Of a DNA stretch of 64,000 nucleotides, positions 28,669 through 38,009 are shown piece after piece; positions within the stretch are counted from its first letter, which is position 1; each line of letters opens with the position of its first letter. Source of the DNA: Nanobdellota archaeon (lineage in GTDB: Archaea; Nanobdellota; Nanobdellia; Parvarchaeales; Parvarchaeaceae); the NCBI GenBank assembly GCA_021810345.1, contig JAJZIX010000002.1, positions 11,027-75,026 on the forward strand. Direction: 5' to 3'. The notes beneath the pieces were generated by a model. That model ran no database searches and was not told where the DNA came from. It was given only the letters and a program-made list of their open reading frames with translations. The position numbers and the translations under genes are program-made.

Positions 28669-29574
28669 ATGGATTTCTCTTCGAAATTTTCATTTAAAAA
28701 TTTGAAAAGCGGTTCTATAAACTATATTTATCTTCTTCCTATAATAGCTCTGATTCTTTTTATCTTCCTCTACCCGATTACTTATGGAATTTATATCTCA
28801 TTTACGAACTTCAGCCTACAGCATTTTTATACCGCTACACTTGTCGGCTTTCATAATTATGTGCTGCTATTCAAAAATGGACTGATCTACCCAATCATCT
28901 TGCAGACGCTTATATGGACAGTTGGTAGTCTAGTACCTATGGTCCTGCTTGGATTGCTAGTTGCAAATATACTAAACCAAAAAGGTTTCAAGTTCCGCGG
29001 CCTGCTTTTTACGCTGATACTTTTGCCATGGGCATTCCCCGCATTTATATCCTTGTTGATATGGTCAGGGATGTGGAATACAAGCTTTGGGATAATAAAT
29101 CAGTTCTTATCAGTTTTTGGCCTACCGCGCATTGACTGGCTCTTCAAAACCGTTCCTGCTTGGACTGCTTTGATCATAACAAACCTCTGGCTTTCGTTTC
29201 CTTACTATACTGCTTTCTTTTTATCTTCTATGCAAAGTATACCGGATGAATTCCATGAAGCTGCAAAGGTGGACGGCGCCAACATATTTCAGCGTTTCAG
29301 TAAGGTTACATGGCCAGCAATAAAGGGAGCAATAGCCTTTGCAGGCATAAGCGGGTTTATATTTACGTGGAATAACTTTTACCCGATATACATATTGACT
29401 GGTGGCGGGCCCGGAACCAGTACGTATTCACTGACGGTTTTTGCTTATAATCAAGCCTTTGATTTCTATAATTACTCTTTGGGTGCCGCGTTTTCTGTGG
29501 TTTCGATAATAATACTGGCCGTCATGGCGATCTTCATGCTGAAATACACAAAAGTCTTGGAGATGTTAACATGA
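28669..29574 (+). CDS. ABC sugar transporter permease (MalF-like)
   Basis: 301 aa, 6 TM, with the EAA-like loop FHEAAKVDGANIFQRF. Confidence 0.8.
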   Translation: MDFSSKFSFKNLKSGSINYIYLLPIIALILFIFLYPITYGIYISFTNFSLQHFYTATLVGFHNYVLLFKNGLIYPIILQTLIWTVGSLVPMVLLGLLVANILNQKGFKFRGLLFTLILLPWAFPAFISLLIWSGMWNTSFGIINQFLSVFGLPRIDWLFKTVPAWTALIITNLWLSFPYYTAFFLSSMQSIPDEFHEAAKVDGANIFQRFSKVTWPAIKGAIAFAGISGFIFTWNNFYPIYILTGGGPGTSTYSLTVFAYNQAFDFYNYSLGAAFSVVSIIILAVMAIFMLKYTKVLEMLT

Positions 29575-29575
29575 G

Positions 29576-30448
29576 GTGTATAAAATGAACATAAATAAGT
29601 ATAAAGTTTTTGATGTTTTGAGGTGGACTATCTCCTATTTCCTAATAGCGATAGTAGTGCTTTTTGCAATATTCCCACTCTATTACATTGTATTGACTTC
29701 TTTCAGTAAACTCTCCTCTATCTCTGCTCTTACCTTAAGCAGTTTAATACCAAATCTTTCGAATATGACACTTTCTGCTTACCAGTATGTGCTGAGCAGC
29801 CAGTTTGCTTTATGGTTAGGTAATAGTCTGCTTCTTGCTGTAGGGACATTGGCTGTTGCCGTTACGGTCGCTTTTGTATCAGGGGTTGCTTTGGCTAGGC
29901 TAAATATCTCTGGAAAGAAAGCACTGATAGTATTCCTGTATATACTTACTTTCTTCCCTTTCACAGCGATAGTAATACCATTATATTTGAGTTTTTCGTC
30001 ATTGGGGCTGATAAACAACTATATCGGGCTGATAATGATATACGCAGCCGGCACAGCAATCTTCGGTGCTTACATGTCAAAGATCTTCATAGACAGCATA
30101 CCGAAGGAGTATGAAGAAGCGGCAATGGTAGACGGGCAAAGCAGATTCAAGTCATTTTTCACGATTCTTTTCAGGATCGCAAAGCCAGTCGTAATATTCG
30201 TCGCTCTTCTAGCTTTCATAGGCGCCTACACAGACTATGCAGTTATCAATGTATTTGTGACGCAGGGGTCCCTTTACACGCTGATGCTTGGGTTGTACCA
30301 TGTTTCATCAATCGGCGGCGGAGCGTCTGCGGTTAATTTGAATGTATTCTCCGCTTTCTCGATTCTGATGGGCCTGCCGATTATAGCGTTTTACGTGGTG
30401 TTTCAGAAATACCTTACGCAGATGTACACTATGAGCGGCACAAAATGA
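29576..30448 (+). CDS. ABC sugar transporter permease (MalG-like)
   Basis: 290 aa, 6 TM, with the EAA loop YEEAAMVDGQSRFKSF. Confidence 0.8.
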   Translation: MYKMNINKYKVFDVLRWTISYFLIAIVVLFAIFPLYYIVLTSFSKLSSISALTLSSLIPNLSNMTLSAYQYVLSSQFALWLGNSLLLAVGTLAVAVTVAFVSGVALARLNISGKKALIVFLYILTFFPFTAIVIPLYLSFSSLGLINNYIGLIMIYAAGTAIFGAYMSKIFIDSIPKEYEEAAMVDGQSRFKSFFTILFRIAKPVVIFVALLAFIGAYTDYAVINVFVTQGSLYTLMLGLYHVSSIGGGASAVNLNVFSAFSILMGLPIIAFYVVFQKYLTQMYTMSGTK

Positions 30449-32211
30449 AAAGTTATACAACACCGATAGTCATCGTGATAATAGTCCTTGTGGTAGCACT
30501 GGCGCTTTTTTACAGCTTGCCAGTACATAAGTCCGTCCTAAACTACAACCTGCAGTACTACAATAGCTCCGTGTCTTCCTTGCTCATGAGCAACTGGGTA
30601 AATAATTCTGCCTTTATCTATACAGGCGTTCCCGACAAAGAGATAGGGTTAGCTGGAAATGCATCGATATACCATATCCTGCTGCCAGCTTATGGCTTGC
30701 TGCATGATAAGATCACTTTTTCTGGTGGAAACACAACTTCAGCTGAACTAAATTTATACAATCAAGTACGCCTTAACAGGACTTACTCATCCGACATTAT
30801 AACGATGCCATTCAATTCGAGCGATATAATAATAGAACAGAACTCGACATCGGCGAATGATCTAACATTCACGTCTCCTCATGACTACAGTTACTCGGTA
30901 AAAAACAACACGGCTTATCTTTATGGGACACCGAATATAACAATATTTTCCAAAGGCTCTACGTTTACTGTTATTAACAAAAGCAACCAGACGGAGGTCT
31001 TAATAGAAAACCCAGGCAATATGGGGGTTGAACTTGCATTCTCCAGTCAGATCAAGCCGATTCAGCAGCTAATTGCCTATAATGATAAGTACATAAGCGG
31101 CTGGCTAGATTCTTCAAAAAACATAAGCTTGTCCAGTACTTTCAAGGATGAATACTACCTCTCTCTGCTTTTAGTAAAGGACGATCAAAACCCCATAACC
31201 GGCGAGTTTGCTGCTTCTCCTTCGCCTATATACCTTTACTCATGGGTCAGGGATTCATCCTTTGCAGCAATGGCTATGCAGGATTCCGGCCACCTGAACT
31301 CCGCCGAAAAATACTGGAATTGGATGTCAAGCATGGAAAACTCAAACGGAACCTGGTTTACTCGGTATAACTTCTGGACTTCGGCTCCAGACACTTCATA
31401 TGGGATACCAGAGTACGACAGTGTAGGGCTTTTCCAGATAGGGGTGTCAAATCTCCTTAATATCACAGGCAACAAGTCGCTTGTAAATACCTACCTGCCT
31501 TATATAAACCGGTCTATACTTTGGGAAGAAAAGAGCATAGAGAATGACAGTTTGATCCCCCAAGATCTTAGCATCTGGGAAGACGTCATGGCATACAATT
31601 TCTGGACTCAGGCGATTGATCTTGTCGGTATGGAGCAGACTAAAAGTTCGTTCGGCAGCGCTTATCCAGGTTCTTCCCTTGTAAATTCTATAAGCATTCT
31701 CAATAGCTCAATACAGAAAGATTTCTATAATGGCAGCCTTTATGCAGAGTATCTGTACCCCTCCGATGAGTATGTGAACGAAAAACTGACTACAATGCTT
31801 GTTCCTTACACAATTGCTGACTCATCGTCTATACTTCCGATAGCTTATGGGCTTGTGAATGTCGATAGCAACGAAGCAAAAAGCGATATTAATGCGATGG
31901 TGGGCGCTCTCACAGTAAACGGCGGGCTTGCAAGGTTCACTGGGGATGATTACCATTATTCCACGTCATTATATGATAGTTCTGGCCCAATGCCGCCATG
32001 GATAATAACAACGCTTTTCCTGGCCTATTACTATGAAAAGACGGGGAATTATCTTGGCGCTTACAATGAGATGAGCTGGGCATTGCAGCACGCACAGAAC
32101 GGCCTTTTGCCAGAAGCCGTAGACCCGAATTACGGGAACCCTTTAAGGACAACATCTCCTCTCACTTGGTCATCAGCAATGTATATTTTGACGGCCCTTA
32201 ATTACAAATAA
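30445..32211 (+). CDS. Glycoside hydrolase family 15 (glucoamylase/glucodextranase/trehalase-like), N-terminally membrane anchored and extracellular
   Basis: 588 aa. N-terminal TM. (alpha/alpha)6-barrel signatures include YLYSWVRDSSFAAMAM. Many N-x-S/T sequons. Translationally coupled to the permease. Confidence 0.65.
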   Translation: MKSYTTPIVIVIIVLVVALALFYSLPVHKSVLNYNLQYYNSSVSSLLMSNWVNNSAFIYTGVPDKEIGLAGNASIYHILLPAYGLLHDKITFSGGNTTSAELNLYNQVRLNRTYSSDIITMPFNSSDIIIEQNSTSANDLTFTSPHDYSYSVKNNTAYLYGTPNITIFSKGSTFTVINKSNQTEVLIENPGNMGVELAFSSQIKPIQQLIAYNDKYISGWLDSSKNISLSSTFKDEYYLSLLLVKDDQNPITGEFAASPSPIYLYSWVRDSSFAAMAMQDSGHLNSAEKYWNWMSSMENSNGTWFTRYNFWTSAPDTSYGIPEYDSVGLFQIGVSNLLNITGNKSLVNTYLPYINRSILWEEKSIENDSLIPQDLSIWEDVMAYNFWTQAIDLVGMEQTKSSFGSAYPGSSLVNSISILNSSIQKDFYNGSLYAEYLYPSDEYVNEKLTTMLVPYTIADSSSILPIAYGLVNVDSNEAKSDINAMVGALTVNGGLARFTGDDYHYSTSLYDSSGPMPPWIITTLFLAYYYEKTGNYLGAYNEMSWALQHAQNGLLPEAVDPNYGNPLRTTSPLTWSSAMYILTALNYK

Positions 32212-33294
32212 TCAGTTTTCCATCCTCATGCCGGTTTTAGAATCAAACATGACTATGCTTTCATCTGATAGGTCTATGTTAATCTCTTTATTCAGCTCCA
32301 CCGTGTGCATTTGGAATGCTATAGCATCCAGCTGAATCTTGCCTACGACAAGGTGGAGGATCGTCTCAGACCCCAGTGGCTCAACGAATTTTATGGTCGC
32401 CTTGACATTTCCCTCGTTTATTTTTATGTTCTCAGGTCTTATTCCAAGTATGGCCTTTCCCTTTTTGACTTTTAGGATTTTTGATATAGAAGGTGGTATC
32501 TTTATCTTGTTGTCTTCGAACTGGAAGGTTTTTTCATCAAGCAGCTCACCCTCTATAAGGTTCATTGGAGGGTTGCCTATGAACTTTGCGACCCAAGTGT
32601 CTTTTGGCTTCCTGTAAACTATCAGAGGGTCATCAACCTGCTCTATCTTGCCGGCGTGCAGGATTGCAACCTGATCTGCCAGAACCATCGCTTCGGTCTG
32701 GTCGTGCGTAACATAAACTATAGTGGTCTTTAGCCTTTTTTGCAGCTCCTTAAGTTCGGCTCTTGCAAGGGTCCTAAGCTGTGCGTCTAAATTGGATAAA
32801 GGCTCGTCCAAAAGCAATAGATCCGTGCCCTTTATAAGCGCTCTTGCTATCGCGACTCTTTGTCTCTGCCCCCCGGACAGCTGGGATGGTCTCCTGTCCA
32901 AAAGCTCCCCTATCTCAAGCATCTTTGAAACTTCTTTGACCTTTTTGTCTATCTCATCCTTTGGAGCATGGGCTATCTTAAGCGGAAAGGCTATGTTATC
33001 GTATACGTTCATAAACGGATAAATTGCATAGTTCTGGAATACCATCGCAAGTTTCCTGTCCTTTGGCGGGGTATCATTGACTATCTTATCCCCTATGTAA
33101 ACGTCGCCGCTGTCCTGCTTTTCTAAGCCGGCTATCACTCTTATAAGAGTTGTTTTACCCTCACCAGATGGGGCAAGAACGACTGTGAATTTGCTTTCTG
33201 GTATCTCCAGCGTAACACCTTGGAGCACGTTAACGACCTTACTCTTGTGTTTGAAAGATTTGTATATGTTTTTGAGTGCTACCTTAACCATCAA
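32212..33294 (-). CDS. ABC sugar transporter ATP-binding protein (MalK/UgpC-like, with C-terminal TOBE domain)
   Basis: 360 aa. Walker A (PSGEGKTT), Q-loop, signature LSGGQRQR, Walker B (LLLDEP) and a C-terminal regulatory domain. Confidence 0.85.
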   Translation of the reverse strand: MMVKVALKNIYKSFKHKSKVVNVLQGVTLEIPESKFTVVLAPSGEGKTTLIRVIAGLEKQDSGDVYIGDKIVNDTPPKDRKLAMVFQNYAIYPFMNVYDNIAFPLKIAHAPKDEIDKKVKEVSKMLEIGELLDRRPSQLSGGQRQRVAIARALIKGTDLLLLDEPLSNLDAQLRTLARAELKELQKRLKTTIVYVTHDQTEAMVLADQVAILHAGKIEQVDDPLIVYRKPKDTWVAKFIGNPPMNLIEGELLDEKTFQFEDNKIKIPPSISKILKVKKGKAILGIRPENIKINEGNVKATIKFVEPLGSETILHLVVGKIQLDAIAFQMHTVELNKEINIDLSDESIVMFDSKTGMRMEN

Positions 33295-33354
33295 TTTATT
33301 TAGTTGTTATAGTATTTATTTCTTTGCTAATATAGTAAGTATGTGGTGTAAGCT

Positions 33355-34494
33355 ATGAAAGTATATCAAATCTTTGTGGATAGGTTTTCTACGGGAAATC
33401 CAGCCGTGGACAAAAAACTGGCTTACAAAACCTCAAAAAACAGGCTGGGCGGAAACCTGCGCGGAATAATAAACAAACTCGATTACATCAAGAGCTTGGG
33501 CTTTGACGCAATATGGCTAACGCCGATTTTTTCTGCAATGGATTATCATGGATATTCCACGCTTGACTTCTACAGCGTAGACAAGCACTTTGGCTCGAAT
33601 GAAACATTGAAGGAACTGGTTAACAAGGCGCACGCTATCGGTTTAAAGGTGATACTGGATTTTGTGGCAAATCATGTCTCGAATAAGCATAAATTTTTCA
33701 TATCGGCGCTTAATGACAAAAGCAGTGTCTACAGGAACTGGTTTGTTTTTGGCAGGAACAACAGCTACATGTCATTCTTGGACGTGAAGGAGCTGCCTAA
33801 ACTAAACACAAAAAACCGCGATGTGGTGAATTACCTTATAGACGCTGCCCTGTATTGGATTAGAGACTTTGGGATTGATGGTTATAGGCTCGACCATGCT
33901 ATAGGCCCTACGCTGGAGTTCTGGAAAGAGTTCACAGCCGCCTGCCTGAAGCTCAATAAAAACTTCGTTTTTCTCCCAGAAATCTGGTTGTCTGGCATAG
34001 ATCCGGCCTATTCAGACACACTGTGGTTCATGCAGGATGAGGAAACACGGCTAAAGTTCATCCCTATATTCAAAAAGAACAAGGGCCTTAGTTGGGATAA
34101 GATACCCTCTGCTGACGGTGAGGAGCTGGCTGATCTGATGTTTAAAGGGATATTTGACACCCCTCTGGATTTTTCAGCAAACAAAGCCATAAGAAGCGGC
34201 AGATACACAAACAACAGGAACAACAACGGTTTTGTGTTCGCTGATAACCATGATATGCAGAGAATAAGCTGGATCCTTAATGGGGACAAATCTGCCATCG
34301 ATTCTGCGGTAAAATCAGTTTGGCAGGCCAATAATTCTATAGTTTACTATGGCACTGAGATTTACCTGTCCCAACTCAACGATTTTGCGAAGTTTAAATC
34401 ATTTTCGGACAAGGAATGCAGGCGGTTTATGGACTGGTCCAAAGCGACCCGGGAGAATGTAGACAGGTTCAGGAAACTGTTTTTGCAGGTTTGA
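33355..34494 (+). CDS. Alpha-amylase family (GH13) catalytic-domain protein
   Basis: 379 aa. Has the GH13 regions DAIWLTPIF, VILDFVANHVS and GIDGYRLDHA. Confidence 0.75.
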   Translation: MKVYQIFVDRFSTGNPAVDKKLAYKTSKNRLGGNLRGIINKLDYIKSLGFDAIWLTPIFSAMDYHGYSTLDFYSVDKHFGSNETLKELVNKAHAIGLKVILDFVANHVSNKHKFFISALNDKSSVYRNWFVFGRNNSYMSFLDVKELPKLNTKNRDVVNYLIDAALYWIRDFGIDGYRLDHAIGPTLEFWKEFTAACLKLNKNFVFLPEIWLSGIDPAYSDTLWFMQDEETRLKFIPIFKKNKGLSWDKIPSADGEELADLMFKGIFDTPLDFSANKAIRSGRYTNNRNNNGFVFADNHDMQRISWILNGDKSAIDSAVKSVWQANNSIVYYGTEIYLSQLNDFAKFKSFSDKECRRFMDWSKATRENVDRFRKLFLQV

Positions 34495-34497
34495 TTT

Positions 34498-35742
34498 TTA
34501 TCTCGTCATCCACTGGTTGTGTCTGCTAATGCTTAGAAGTCCATATATAGCAGAGAATAACATCACCAATAGCATTATAGAGCCGTACGACATGAATCTT
34601 ATTTTGTTCTCCTCTACGCTCCTCACAAGCAGCACTATCATTAGAATTCCCGCAAGTATGGAGATAACTCTTAGGCCTGTATAAGGCAGTGCAAAAGAGC
34701 TTAGCACTGCAGGCGTTTGGATAAGCGATCTAAAAAATACCAGCCAGCCAAAGTATACCCCTCTTCGGAATATTAAGTTTAGCAGCAAGCCGCCTCTCAA
34801 TACAATCAGAACCAGTGTTAGCAGCGGCAGCGTGTATATGTAAACCAAGGAAAATGCATAGAAGACCCCATTTTTGAAGAGGTTTCCGCTTTTTAGGTCG
34901 TTGAAGAAGTACATATACCCGGTCCTTGACCACCTCACCGTCTGTTTTATCAGCTTTTTGAATGAATCCTGGCTGTCAGTGTACACAAGAACATTCTGCA
35001 TCATCTTGGTTTTGTAGCCAGTACTGTTGATATGCCGGGTGAGCAGGGCGTCATCACCGTTGTTAACCTTTTTGCCCATAAACTTCGCATTCAGGAAAGA
35101 GTCTGATGATACAAAATCCTTTATGAGTTTTGTCCTGTATACGCTGCATTGGCCGTTCAAGACCATGACCTTTCCGAAATACGACATCGGTTTGAAAGAA
35201 AGCTGCCTTAACCTCTGCAGCATTTCGGAGGAGTAATATATGAATTTGTTTTTCTTTTTTATTATCTTTATTTCGGCGCCGACTCCGCCGACTCCATCAT
35301 CAAATCCAGCCAGCAGCCCCTTAACCGCATTTTTGGATAGGATAGTATCGCTGTCCAGAAGCATGACATAATCGGTCTTTATCCGCTTGATCCCTTCGGA
35401 AAGGGCGGCCTTTTTTCCACTGTTTTTAGGCAGATAGATGAACATGCCGCCGTTTTCTTTCGTTATTGATTTGTAAGGTTCACTGCAGCCGTCCCCTACG
35501 ACCACTAATCTTGCTTTTTGTGAGGCCACGCTTCTTATGCACTTCTTGAAGATTTCCGGCCTTTCTTTGTACACAGGTATCAGTACTGTAAGATTATCCG
35601 GACTGAGCGAGGACTGCTGCCTTTTCCCAGTTTTTCTTCCAAAGTAGAACAAAGAGAATATATATAGTACGGAATAAACCGATAAAAACACCGAAATAAA
35701 TATGTATATTAAATACAGCAGATGCCTGTCAAGTATGATCAT
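34498..35742 (-). CDS. Processive family-2 glycosyltransferase (cellulose/chitin synthase-like) with multiple TM helices
   Basis: 414 aa. GT-A motifs VVGDGCSEP and LLDSDT plus the processive QxxRW motif (QTVRWSRTG), and N- and C-terminal TM helices. Confidence 0.7.
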   Translation of the reverse strand: MIILDRHLLYLIYIFISVFLSVYSVLYIFSLFYFGRKTGKRQQSSLSPDNLTVLIPVYKERPEIFKKCIRSVASQKARLVVVGDGCSEPYKSITKENGGMFIYLPKNSGKKAALSEGIKRIKTDYVMLLDSDTILSKNAVKGLLAGFDDGVGGVGAEIKIIKKKNKFIYYSSEMLQRLRQLSFKPMSYFGKVMVLNGQCSVYRTKLIKDFVSSDSFLNAKFMGKKVNNGDDALLTRHINSTGYKTKMMQNVLVYTDSQDSFKKLIKQTVRWSRTGYMYFFNDLKSGNLFKNGVFYAFSLVYIYTLPLLTLVLIVLRGGLLLNLIFRRGVYFGWLVFFRSLIQTPAVLSSFALPYTGLRVISILAGILMIVLLVRSVEENKIRFMSYGSIMLLVMLFSAIYGLLSISRHNQWMTR

Positions 35743-35832
35743 GATACCTCCCCATTACTTCAAATTTGAAGATTGTCGCCATAATTCGCTTGTTTATCTC
35801 TATATAATTTTAATATCCCGCTCTTAATTTAT

Positions 35833-36768
35833 ATGTTTGTTCAGAAGCAAAGTGATAAGCTTAAATATGATGACAGCCCTAATATATTTTTGATGAAAAA
35901 GGATAGACTAGATGAAATTCTAAGCAATAATCCAACTCTTATTATCCTGGGAGAAGCACACACCGATTATGGCCACGCTCGTATAGAATCGGATGTGATT
36001 ATGAGGTTTAAACCAGATTATCTACTTCCAGAGGGATTTGACAGCAATGAAATAAAGGACTTCCCCTTGAGGTTTGATCCTGATCTTAGTATAACACCAA
36101 AAAATTTGTATTCAGACCAGAAAGCGGGGATGGATGAACAATTTATGCACCATCTTTACTCAACTTATGAATCACTTACAGGTGAGATGAGAAGCTTCAG
36201 GTATTTTTACGGAATAAATGAAGCGACTGGACATTCTTTGGACGGCTTTTTTATGAATGTGAAAAGCTTTGAAGAATTTTTAAACAAACCACTTATACTT
36301 CTTCCTTCGGTAATGTTAGAGGAAATCCGAAAAGCCGCTTATAAAGCCAATGAAACTTCAGTGGAAACCCGGCAGTTATTAAATCGACTGATTAAAAAAG
36401 AAGTGAAAATTGAGGAAAGTTTTTCAAGCAACTCTTTCCACTGGCTTTTTACTGCATCTCAGGTAGTCCCGGCGGCGAGAGTATACGGTATAGACTTGGA
36501 GAATAATTACGATTGGCTTGAGCGCGAGGACAACATGGGAAAAGTAATAGCGGAGATTTCTGCAAAGGCAGCATCAGAAGGCAAGAAAGCACTAGCGATA
36601 GTCGGGGCACACCACATCAGGGAGGACTCTAAAATATTTTCATATCTTGAAAGCACGGGGGTGAGGTACGAAAAACTGGCTCTCGACCATAAAGATTCCA
36701 TCACCGACTATTACTATGATGTCCATTACAGCGAGAAAATAAAGAATCAAGATAAAAATAAACAATAA
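35833..36768 (+). CDS. Hypothetical protein, possibly TIKI/TraB/ChaN-superfamily
   Basis: 311 aa. The GExH-like motif ILGEAHTDYGH and a later AIVGAHHI are reminiscent of the Tiki/ChaN fold. The assignment is weak. Confidence 0.35.
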   Translation: MFVQKQSDKLKYDDSPNIFLMKKDRLDEILSNNPTLIILGEAHTDYGHARIESDVIMRFKPDYLLPEGFDSNEIKDFPLRFDPDLSITPKNLYSDQKAGMDEQFMHHLYSTYESLTGEMRSFRYFYGINEATGHSLDGFFMNVKSFEEFLNKPLILLPSVMLEEIRKAAYKANETSVETRQLLNRLIKKEVKIEESFSSNSFHWLFTASQVVPAARVYGIDLENNYDWLEREDNMGKVIAEISAKAASEGKKALAIVGAHHIREDSKIFSYLESTGVRYEKLALDHKDSITDYYYDVHYSEKIKNQDKNKQ

Positions 36769-36773
36769 TACCT

Positions 36774-37415
36774 TTGCACATGTTGAACGAAACCATAAAA
36801 ACTTACGATAAAATAGCCGAAAAGTACGCCAAAAAGCACTGGCATACGGTTTTACTTTCAGATGAAAAGGACGAATTTGCTCAAAAATGCAAAGGAAAGA
36901 AGGTCCTTGATGCGGGTTGTGGACCGGGGATCTACACAAGTTTTTTGCTAAGCAAGGGTTTCAAAGTCATTAGTGTAGACCTGTCCAGCGGAATGCTTAA
37001 GGAGGCGAAGAAAAGAGTTCCAAAAGGCAGGTTTTACTTGATGAGCGTTACGAAATTAAAATTCCCGGCCAGGCGGTTTGATGGTGTTTTCTGCAGTGCA
37101 GTGTTGCTGCATTTAAATGACGATGAAGCCAATAGAACGATAAAAGAGTTTTACAGGGTTATTAAGCCGGGCGGCCTTCTTTTCATTAGCACGAAGATGG
37201 GTCGTAAACAGACGGTAAAAGTTTATCCTGATGGAACAAAAAGATTTATTCATTTCTATACGTTTAAATTTCTAAAAGAGTCGCTTGAAAAAAATGGCTT
37301 TGGGGTGGAGGAATCTCATAAAAACATGAAGGACGCTGATGGAGATGTCTGGCTGTGCATATTCGCAAGAAAACATGACACAAACCCTACAAACAATCAA
37401 AAACCGGCTGATTAG
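36774..37415 (+). CDS. Class I SAM-dependent methyltransferase
   Basis: Motif I VLDAGCGPGIYTSFL, an acidic motif II (VISVDLS) and motif III (VFCSAVLLHL). Confidence 0.8.
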   Translation: MHMLNETIKTYDKIAEKYAKKHWHTVLLSDEKDEFAQKCKGKKVLDAGCGPGIYTSFLLSKGFKVISVDLSSGMLKEAKKRVPKGRFYLMSVTKLKFPARRFDGVFCSAVLLHLNDDEANRTIKEFYRVIKPGGLLFISTKMGRKQTVKVYPDGTKRFIHFYTFKFLKESLEKNGFGVEESHKNMKDADGDVWLCIFARKHDTNPTNNQKPAD

Positions 37416-37768
37416 GCCGTACGCGGGATGTATTTATCATTCTCTTTCTTTATCAGATTTGCTCGCATAAATCCGTCAAGGTAAGAAAGCAGCATCTTTT
37501 TGTGCAACTTGAAAAGTAATATCTTTTTATAAGCGTTTTCTATCTCATCAACATTTACTTTATTTCCGCCAGTGATGTACGCTAAGATTAGGGCCGCCCC
37601 CTCATTTTTTATAACCTTCTCTATTTCCTGTTGGTTTTGATATTTTAGAAGTATATAACAACCACGCAATGTACTATCAATAGGCTCTGAATAACCTAGC
37701 GTCCCCCTCTTTGCATTCAAGGCAGACTCCAAAACAACTTCCAGGCTAGATTTTAGTGTTTTGACCAT
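37412..37768 (-). CDS. Hypothetical protein (118 aa)
   Basis: ORF with a 4-nt overlap to the convergent methyltransferase; no recognisable motif. Confidence 0.35.
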   Translation of the reverse strand: MVKTLKSSLEVVLESALNAKRGTLGYSEPIDSTLRGCYILLKYQNQQEIEKVIKNEGAALILAYITGGNKVNVDEIENAYKKILLFKLHKKMLLSYLDGFMRANLIKKENDKYIPRTA

Positions 37769-38009
37769 CTATATTTATGACGCTTCAACAATTTATATCT
37801 TACGAAGGAAAAATCCACGGTAATGTTAAAATAGACCTGCATGACATTAAAGGAACACAAGCACACCAATGATAAAAATGATCAGCAGGAACAGCCCGGA
37901 TACTTTCATAAGATTATTAGGAATCTGTTAATAAATAACATTATCATGTTCCCCTGTTTCTAGCTTTCAATAAAGCTTATAAGAAGTGGAGTTTTAATGT
38001 ATATAATAT

